Source: Candidatus Latescibacterota bacterium
Lineage (GTDB): Bacteria > Latescibacterota > UBA2968 > UBA8231
DNA length: 64,000 nt
Reading direction: 5' to 3'
Assembly: GCA_965217585.1 (NCBI GenBank)
Contig: OZ244561.1
Span: 1,152,001-1,216,000, forward strand
Shown: one piece after another, positions 56,827 through 64,000 of the stretch
Layout of the letters: the number at the start of each line of letters is the position of its first letter
Numbering within the stretch: the first letter of the stretch is position 1
Program-made: the position numbers and the translations under genes
The notes under the pieces: model-generated
Database searches by the model: none
Told to the model about the DNA's origin: nothing
What the model saw: only the letters and a program-made list of their open reading frames with translations

Positions 56827-57536
56827 TGCCGGAAACGAACCGCACCCTCACGTATGCCGGCGAGTCCATTCCCTTCCACCTGAGTTACTCCAAAAGAAAG
56901 ACTGTCGAGATCGCCGTTCACCCCGACTGCTCGGTAGTTGTAAAAGCCCCACTGGGAACAAATGAAACCCTTGTCGAAGATTTCATTTACAAGCGCGCGC
57001 GCTGGATAAGACGCCAGCTTCACTATTTCGCACAGTTTGCACCACGCACCCCCAAGCGGCAGTTTGTCGGTGGCGAAAGCCATCTTTATCTCGGCAAACA
57101 GTATCGGCTGAAGATAAGCCCGTCTGCAACAGACGAAGTTTTGTTAAAGCGCGGCTTCTTCCACATACAAGCGGTTGACGACAAGCCGGAGCATATAGCG
57201 ATGCTGCTCGAAGCATGGTACCGGAGCAAGGCGGATGTCTATTTTGCTCAAGTATTTGAAGAATGCTGGCATCTCTTTCAAAAAAAGGGCGTGGACAAGC
57301 CTGTACTTAAAATCCGCAAGATGAAAACGCTCTGGGGCAGTTTCAGTAGTAAAGGCGGCATAACATTGAATCTGGAGCTTATAAAAGCACCCAGAGAATG
57401 TATCGAATACGTCGTTATCCACGAGCTATGTCACTTGTCCCATCTCAATCACGGACCGAAGTTTTATAGCTTACTTGAGCAGTTTATCCCCGACTGGACA
57501 AAACGAAAACATAGATTGGAAACGGCGTTGTCTTAA
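56826..57536 (+). CDS. M48/SprT-like (YgjP, DUF45) metallopeptidase-family protein
   Basis: MKTLWGS and YVVIHELCHLSHLNHGPKFY motifs; usual position after hsdR. Confidence 0.92.
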   Translation: MPETNRTLTYAGESIPFHLSYSKRKTVEIAVHPDCSVVVKAPLGTNETLVEDFIYKRARWIRRQLHYFAQFAPRTPKRQFVGGESHLYLGKQYRLKISPSATDEVLLKRGFFHIQAVDDKPEHIAMLLEAWYRSKADVYFAQVFEECWHLFQKKGVDKPVLKIRKMKTLWGSFSSKGGITLNLELIKAPRECIEYVVIHELCHLSHLNHGPKFYSLLEQFIPDWTKRKHRLETALS

Positions 57537-57612
57537 TCACTGATGTTACGTACGCCCCCTTATAAACGAGAGGGCGATTCTATTGTATGCTTACAGCCCC
57601 TAGTCTCTGGTT

Positions 57613-57687
57613 GTCATTCCCGCGCAAGCGGGAATCCACGCCGTGGCCCCGCCCGGCCCCCTGGACGCCCGCTTGCGCGGGCGTGAC
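57613..57687. repeat. GTCATTCCCGC-type REP/palindromic element
   Basis: gtcattcccgcgcaagcgggaatcca ... tggacgcccgcttgcgcgggcgtgac inverted pair. Confidence 0.75.
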
Positions 57688-59504
57688 GGAAGAGGCCATC
57701 CCTATCCACGCCGCGCATAACGCGCCATGAAGCGGCCGGGCGTAACATCAGTTAACCACTTGAAAACGACAGGTTTCGCCGGCGTGTTCTGGTGTGCGAC
57801 CCCTCTGCGCTATCTGCGCTATCTGCGGATAACTGATGTTGACGCATTCAATACCCCTTGCGCTTATCAATCGCGCTCACCAACGCCGAGCAACCTCAAA
57901 GGAATGCCAGTGCTCGCAATCATCGCCTTACTATTAATTACCTTTTCTCCCCTCATCCTGTTGGCCCATCCGGCCGACCTCGGCATACACGTCATCCAAG
58001 CCTACCAACTAGGCGACGCAGCACCACCGATCATTGACGGATGGCTACCGCTACGACGACAGCAACTCGGACCGCAATTGGCGCAGCATATGGTGGGTTG
58101 AAGCGCAAATCGACTCCGCTGGTTGGACCGCCGAATTCAAAATCCCCTTTGCCAACTTCCGCTTTCCCAAGGGCCAAGACCAAGTCTGGGGCTTCGATAT
58201 TGAGCGCCTGAACAAACGCAAGAACGAATGGACGGTGTGGAAACAAATGACCCAGGCGGGCGTTTTCACGCGAATGTCGGATCTGGGCCATGCCGTCGGC
58301 TTCGCGGATATCGAGCCGGGCAAGCTCTTCGAAGTCACGCCCTATGCTGTGGGGGGCGCGTCCCAGACCTCGGGACAGGACACCGGCAGCCAGGGTGCCA
58401 TCGGCCTCGACCTGCAATACAACCTGACCGCAGCGCTGAGGGCCAACCTGACGGTCAATCCCGATTTCGCTCAGGTCGAAGCCGACCAAGTCGAGATCAA
58501 CTTGACTCGCTTTCCAACCCGCTTTCCCGAGAAGCGCCCATTTTTCGTCGAGGGCAACAGTTTTTTTGCAACGCCTTTTGACCTGTTCTTCAGCCGGCGC
58601 ATCGGCAGCCGGGGCGATATCGTCTGGGGGAGCAAAATGACTGGTAAGGTCGGCGACTACTCGCTCGGTTTCTTAGGCAGCCAGACCGGCGGCATCGGCC
58701 TGCTGGAACTAGGCGACGGTCCCGCCTTGAGCGAGGAGGTGCTTTTCTCGGCACTGCGGGTCAAAAAAGACATCTTGCGCCAGTCGAATATCGGCGTCAT
58801 GTACGCCGGCAAAGACCTCGCCAGCACCCACAGCCGGGTCGGCGGCGTCGATGCCAATATCACCTTTGCCAAGACCTATAAGGCCCAGGGCCAGTACGCG
58901 ATGAGCTTCCGCGACGGGCCGGACCGGGACCATTCGGCCCTCACCTTCGAACTCAGTCAGCGCAATTTCCTCTGGGAAGCCTCACTAGGCCTAGAACAAG
59001 TCGCCCCCCGATTCGACACCAACGAGACCGGTTTCCTGCGCAAAGAGCCTTTCCGCGGCTGGCAGCAACTAGCGCTGAATGGGATCTATGGCCCGCGCTG
59101 GAGGGGGCACCGGGCGTTCGTCGAAGGGTACCTTGGCATATCCAAGGGACTTTACGACGACGCCTACTTCGCCAACTGGCATCGCGATCACCCTATACAT
59201 GCCCTTGCGCCCGAATTCGAGGAGGACTTAGTCGGCTGGCAGAGCGAACTGACAGCGGGGATGGAACTAACCGAAACGCTCATCAGCTATTTCGATGTCC
59301 ACTACGGGCGCAGCCACCATATCGAGCTGACCGATATCTTCGACGCCAACGAGTTCGGGTTTTTCATCGCCACCAACTCCTCGCGCCCAGCGTCGTTCGA
59401 GGCCTTTGGCAGCAGCGGCGACTTCTTTAACTTTTCGCGGCAGGCCGTGGGTCAACAGCGCCAGCTCGCGCTCTTTGGCATCCTGCGCCCTCGCACCAAC
59501 TTAC

Positions 59505-60802
59505 TTGAATTCGACAGGTAGGTTGATATTTAGGCTCGAACAGGCATCGGAGTCTCCCTATTTTGGGATAGCTTGATTCACCGCCATGGATCATCTACCC
59601 CAGGGAAACTCCGATGCTGAACCTGACTCGCTTGCCTGTGAACCTTCGTTATTTTTTGCGTGGGACTCAACATTTTTTTCGTCATCGCCATCATCTGGTG
59701 TTCTGTTGGAGTATGACGCTGTTGTTAATCTATCAAGATAAAGCGACGCTGTGTGGTTTAGCCCGCTTGGGGCCTAACCATATAGCGGAATGGCACTTAC
59801 GTCGCTTGCTGAGTGCGACCTACTGGAGTTGGCGGTTGCTGTTGGGGTACTTGGTTGATGCGGTGATCGCCGGGCTGCCACCGGCGGAAGACGGTCGGGT
59901 GTTGGTGATCGTCGACGGGACCTACAAAGCCAAGGTGGCCAAGAAACATCCGTTGGTGCGCAAAGCCCGCGCCGATGGCTATAGTCCCTTTCTGTGGGGG
60001 TTTGAAGTGATCCTGGTCATGCTGCAGTGGGGCAATTATCGAATCCCTATCGATTTCGAGTTGGTTCGGCGTAAAGAAGACCCGGCCTATCAGAAGCCCA
60101 ATGTGTTGTTTCGTCAGATGCTGACCGCCTTGGTACCACCGGCTTGGGCCCAGCAAGTGATCGTGGTCGCCGATGCCGGGTTTCCCGCTAAAGAAACGCT
60201 GCACTTGATCCAGCAACGAGGCTTCTTTTTCGTCATGAGTCTGCCCCGCACCTGGAAGTTTGAAGACGGCCATACGCTCAAAGATTGGGTCCATCATACG
60301 CGCCATACCTGTTATCGAAAAATCTGGTTTCGTCCGCACGGCTCCCGTCGGCGGGTCTATTGGGTCTACCGCGGTCGTAAACGCCTGCGACACATCGGAG
60401 ATGTCACGTTGGTCTTGAGCAAGAAACGGCGCAACGATTCGCCGAAACAAACCAAAATCCTGGTGACCAATCTACCGGACGTGACCGCAGGCCAACTCGT
60501 CGTGTTGTATACCCGCCGCTGGCACGTGGAACTGCTCATCAAAGAATTGAAAGGGGCCACCGGATTAGGACAAGCCCAGGTGACCAAGCAGACCCAACGA
60601 GTCGAACGCTCCGTCGCGTTGTCCGTTATGGCCTACTTGGTTTTGATCCATTTTCGGCAGCGGGATATTCCCCACCAAGGACCGTGGAGTGCGTTTACCC
60701 TCAAGCGAAATTTTGCTTGGGAGTGTGCGCGAAAACAGATTGAACATAACCAAAAACGAACCTACACAAAGGCCGCCTAAGACAACTACCTGTCGAATTC
60801 AA
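59505..60802 (+). mobile_element. Insertion sequence, IS4/IS701-like DDE
   Basis: 17-bp perfect IRs ttgaattcgacaggtag / ctacctgtcgaattcaa; direct repeat ccaactta at 59496-59503 and 60803-60810. Confidence 0.92.
59614..60780 (+). CDS. DDE transposase
   Basis: VIVDGT, VVADAGF and YTRRWHVELLIKELK (YREK-like) motifs. Confidence 0.92.
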   Translation: MLNLTRLPVNLRYFLRGTQHFFRHRHHLVFCWSMTLLLIYQDKATLCGLARLGPNHIAEWHLRRLLSATYWSWRLLLGYLVDAVIAGLPPAEDGRVLVIVDGTYKAKVAKKHPLVRKARADGYSPFLWGFEVILVMLQWGNYRIPIDFELVRRKEDPAYQKPNVLFRQMLTALVPPAWAQQVIVVADAGFPAKETLHLIQQRGFFFVMSLPRTWKFEDGHTLKDWVHHTRHTCYRKIWFRPHGSRRRVYWVYRGRKRLRHIGDVTLVLSKKRRNDSPKQTKILVTNLPDVTAGQLVVLYTRRWHVELLIKELKGATGLGQAQVTKQTQRVERSVALSVMAYLVLIHFRQRDIPHQGPWSAFTLKRNFAWECARKQIEHNQKRTYTKAA

Positions 60803-61124
60803 CCAACTTAGCCATCGACATCGGCGGCTCCTTGGCGCAGACCCGCGATCGGGGCGGCGAGGCAGACGGCCGCTTCACCGTCGGCTCGCTGCGCACGACC
60901 TACCTGTTTACCCGCGACACCTTCCTGCGCATCTTCGCCCAGACCGAACGGCAACAGTCCTTCACCCCGCAACAACAAACCAACAGCCATCACCTGATCA
61001 GCGCCCTGTTCGGCTGGGAGTACAGCCCCAAAAGCCACTTCTTCCTAGCGTACAACCAGACGCAGAGCGATGCGCGGCTCGACAATCGGGTGTTGCTGCT
61101 CAAGTTGTCCTATTTGTCGAACCT

Positions 61125-62360
61125 CTAATCCCTTCCCTTTCTGATCTCGTCCAGCGCCGCGACCATGCGGTCAATTTCGCCAAAGTTGTTGTAGATATGG
61201 GTGGAAACCCGCTGGGTATAGCCCGGCTCGGCCTCGCCCCAGACCGGAGTCGTGATCCGGTATTTATCATAGAGGAGCTGTCCGGGATTGGCAGCACCAA
61301 AGCCTTTGAGCCGAAACGTGGAAATCGAATTGGCGAGATCCGGGTGCGGCGAGGAAAGCGGTTCGACCCAGCCGGTTTCGGCCATGCGCTGGCGCAAATA
61401 GCCGGCTAACTGCCGCCCGCGGGCGGCGATTTGCTCCTTGCCGATCTCGTTTTGCAGGGCCACCGCCTCGGCTACTGCGCCGAAACAGGACAACTCGCGC
61501 GTGCCAATAGTCGTCAACTGCCACATAAAAGGCTGCCCATTGATACAGAGCGCCCCAGCATCATTGCGCTGGGGCCCGTCTTTGTTGTAGCCATGACTGA
61601 CGGCGATGTAGTGCAGCTTATCCTGTACTTGCGGCTGGGCGTGCAAAAACCCCGTGCCCTTGGGCGCGCAGAGCCACTTGTGACAATTGCCGCCGTAAAA
61701 ATCACAGCCGTAGGAGGTCAAATCCAGCGGGATCTGTCCAGGGGCATGCGCCCCGTCAACGGCAATCATCGCGCCGTGAGCGTGTGCCAACTCGGCCAGC
61801 TCTTTGATCGGGGTGATAAGCCCAGAAGGCGACGTCACATGGCTGACCAATAACAGCCGCGTCCGCGCGGTCAGTGCCCGGCGGAAAGACTCCACGATTT
61901 GCTCGGGCGCTGCGGGCGGGATAGAGATCGGCGCGCGCCGCACCACCACGCCATAGCGGCGCTCGGCGTGGTACAGACAGTTATCGATGGAACCGTATTC
62001 TTGGTCGGAAGCCAGAATCTCGTCGCCGGGCTGCCAATCGAGGCCGTGGACGACTTGGTTGATGGCGATGGTGACATTGGTCGTGAGAGCCAAGTCAGCA
62101 GGGGCGGCGTTGAGAAAGGCACCCAGATCGCGCCGCGCTTGGTTTAGGCGGTCAACCTGCCCGGCGCGGTTGCGCGTCGGATTGCCCTCCAACTCTTCCA
62201 ACCCCTTGACTAAGGAGTCGAAAACCGAACGATGCAACACGCCCCAAGAGCCGGTATTGAGATAGGACTCGTCGGGCGCATGCATAAAACCAGCGGCAAT
62301 ATCTCGCCAGTAGGCCTCTGCTTTATTGGTGGTCGGCCAAGATTTTTTTAATGCACTCAT
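61125..62360 (-). CDS. Class V PLP-dependent aminotransferase (isopenicillin N epimerase-like)
   Basis: YLNTGSWG, VDGAHAPG, GNCHKWLCAPKGTG and RVSTHIYN motifs. Confidence 0.9.
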   Translation of the reverse strand: MSALKKSWPTTNKAEAYWRDIAAGFMHAPDESYLNTGSWGVLHRSVFDSLVKGLEELEGNPTRNRAGQVDRLNQARRDLGAFLNAAPADLALTTNVTIAINQVVHGLDWQPGDEILASDQEYGSIDNCLYHAERRYGVVVRRAPISIPPAAPEQIVESFRRALTARTRLLLVSHVTSPSGLITPIKELAELAHAHGAMIAVDGAHAPGQIPLDLTSYGCDFYGGNCHKWLCAPKGTGFLHAQPQVQDKLHYIAVSHGYNKDGPQRNDAGALCINGQPFMWQLTTIGTRELSCFGAVAEAVALQNEIGKEQIAARGRQLAGYLRQRMAETGWVEPLSSPHPDLANSISTFRLKGFGAANPGQLLYDKYRITTPVWGEAEPGYTQRVSTHIYNNFGEIDRMVAALDEIRKGRD

Positions 62361-64000
62361 GGATCGGCCCCCTCCACCACGACGATTTCCCGGTCGGCGG
62401 CCAGCCCCACTAGCGTCTGTACCGCGCCGCTAGGCCAAAAGACCTGCAGCGTATCGATGGTCGCATACTGACCCAACCCGAGGGTCAATCGCACGTCGTT
62501 GCTGCCCATGTAGCCATAACCAGCGCGGATCTCCCGCACTTGGACCAGGTCGCCAGCCACCGCCCGCACCCTAGCCCCGATGCCCTCCCGGTTGCTCTGG
62601 CGGCCCTTGGTGCGGACCCTGAGCCAGTGGTTGGCGTTGCCGCCGTCGTTGCGCAGCAGGGTGCAATGGGGCGTGTCGGAGTCGGAAATAAAAAAGTCAA
62701 CATCGCCGTCGTTGTCGTAATCGCCGAGGATCGCTCCGTGGCTTACCCTTTCGACGTGCATCCCCGGCCCGCTCTGGTCGCTGACCTCGATAAAGGAGCC
62801 GTCGCCGCTGTTGCGGAACAACTGGTTTTGCTGTGGATAGGTGGTGGAGGGGTCGTATTCGGCGACATTCTCGTCGAGATGGCCGTTAGCAACGAAGACG
62901 TCGAGGAAACCGTCGTTGTCGTAATCGACGAAGGCCGCGGTCATACCAAGATACGGCACACTCGCCACGCCCAGTCCGGCGGCGAACGTCAAGTCGGTGA
63001 AGAAGCCGTCGCCGTCGTTGTGGTAGAGAGTATTGGCCAGCCATTGGTAGGTAGCGACGATGATGTCGAGCCGCCCGTCGTTGTCGTAGTCACCTATATC
63101 GGCCCCCATCGCCGATTCGGCTAAGCCTTCTTCGTTGTAGGCGACTCCCGCCACTGCACCGCTTTCTGAGAAGGTACCGTCGCCGTTGTTGACAAAAAGG
63201 AAATTGGGCTTCTTGTCGTTGGCGATGAAGAGGTCGGGATCGCCATCGCCATCGATATCGCCAAAGACCGCCGCTAACTGGCGACCGGAATCGTCGCGCA
63301 GACCGGCTGCTGCCGTCACATCGACAAACGACCTCCCACCGTCGTTGCGGTAGAGGACGCCTGTTTGCCCTGGATAGGTCGTTGGCCCGCAATACGACCG
63401 CACCTTGCCAGCGAAACACTCCACATTCTGCGCTGGGTCAAAATCCATGTAGTTGGCGACGTAGAGATCGAGATCGCCATCGCCATCGTAGTCGGCAAAA
63501 GCCGCGTGCGTGCCCCAACCCGAGTCTGCCACACCGAGTTCGGGCGCGATATCGGCAAAAACCGCACGCCCATCGTTTTCGTAGAGTCGGTTGGGGCCAT
63601 AATTGGTGACATAGAGGTCGGGGTCGCCATCGCCGTCGATATCGCCGACGGCGGCCCCCATGCCAAAGGCCTCGTCCCCCGTCCCCGATTCTAAGGTGGC
63701 ATCGACGAACGCGCCGTCCGCCCGATTGCGATAATAGGCATTGGAGCCGGTTGGGCCCACATAGCCGGGTAGAGCTGTGCCATTGACGATATACAAGTCG
63801 AGGAAACCGTCGCCATCGCCGTCGAAGAAAGCCGCCCCAGACCCTACCGCCTCCGGCATGTATTTGGCCCCACTGGCACCATTGATATAGCGGAAGTCGA
63901 TGCCTGCCTCCACAGTGACCTCGACGAAACGAGGTGCGGCAGCACCCACCGCCTCGCCACTGACCGCCGACAGCCAAACGATGCCCGCGAGCGCCCGCCA
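62357..64000 (-). CDS. CRTAC1 family protein (FG-GAP repeats plus ASPIC/UnbV); 5' end outside window
   Basis: Repeated D.DGDGD.DL motifs; NREGIGARV...WPSG C-terminal ASPIC domain; frame open to the window end. Confidence 0.92.
   Translation of the reverse strand, partial: WRALAGIVWLSAVSGEAVGAAAPRFVEVTVEAGIDFRYINGASGAKYMPEAVGSGAAFFDGDGDGFLDLYIVNGTALPGYVGPTGSNAYYRNRADGAFVDATLESGTGDEAFGMGAAVGDIDGDGDPDLYVTNYGPNRLYENDGRAVFADIAPELGVADSGWGTHAAFADYDGDGDLDLYVANYMDFDPAQNVECFAGKVRSYCGPTTYPGQTGVLYRNDGGRSFVDVTAAAGLRDDSGRQLAAVFGDIDGDGDPDLFIANDKKPNFLFVNNGDGTFSESGAVAGVAYNEEGLAESAMGADIGDYDNDGRLDIIVATYQWLANTLYHNDGDGFFTDLTFAAGLGVASVPYLGMTAAFVDYDNDGFLDVFVANGHLDENVAEYDPSTTYPQQNQLFRNSGDGSFIEVSDQSGPGMHVERVSHGAILGDYDNDGDVDFFISDSDTPHCTLLRNDGGNANHWLRVRTKGRQSNREGIGARVRAVAGDLVQVREIRAGYGYMGSNDVRLTLGLGQYATIDTLQVFWPSGAVQTLVGLAADREIVVVEGADP

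Larger units (their letters stand above)
57904..61128 (+). pseudogene. CBM9-like/DUF5916 outer-membrane protein, disrupted by an N-terminal deletion/frameshift and an IS insertion
   Basis: Signal peptide to PPIIDG at ~58040, then a frame change; WTAEFKIPF, NPDFAQVEAD and EKRPFFVEG motifs; C-terminus LKLSYLSNL resumes after the IS. Confidence 0.8.

Noticed and set aside
57800-57832. Short ctgcgctat tandem repeat
   Set aside because: Fewer than three copies and no partner nearby; too weak to call.
1-64000. Numerous short overlapping ORFs in the six-frame track; tRNA/rRNA genes; prophage genes
   Set aside because: The short ORFs are GC-rich shadow frames of called genes; no tRNA cloverleaf, rRNA or phage structural gene was recognised.

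Overview
GC-rich bacterial window from a diderm. Proteins ending in FlgD-Ig-like domains, a C-terminal 'AVESSTWGKIK' motif and CRTAC1/ASPIC proteins suggest a Latescibacterota/Poribacteria-like organism; this is an inference. In order the window holds: (1) a partial ECF sigma factor and a repeat-rich coiled-coil membrane protein; (2) a minus-strand operon of MpaB/rubber-oxygenase-like enzyme, MMPL transporter, LolA-like protein and outer-membrane barrel; (3) a ~1 kb transposase-less element inserted at that operon's ribosome-binding site, with terminal inverted repeats, an 8-bp target duplication, a riboswitch-like structured leader, a lipoprotein pseudogene and a small membrane protein; (4) a ~11 kb operon of exported proteins, including three FlgD-Ig paralogues; (5) a duplicated and rearranged cluster of DUF4956, SdiA-regulated propeller, kinase-like Omp85 and metallophosphoesterase genes; (6) PPIase, TPR, Tat-exported PLP enzyme, ECF operon, glycosylasparaginase and RidA genes; (7) a ~17 kb type I restriction-modification defence island carrying BrnT/BrnA, a J-domain protein, RhuM, a PIN toxin-antitoxin pair, a split HsdS and an AT-rich two-gene HNH-TPR-PIN cassette, the best candidate for an undescribed defence system; (8) a DUF5916-type gene broken by an IS4-like element, a second class V aminotransferase and a partial CRTAC1 gene. 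No rRNA, tRNA or CRISPR array was recognised. All family calls come from motif recognition by eye; no database searches were run.
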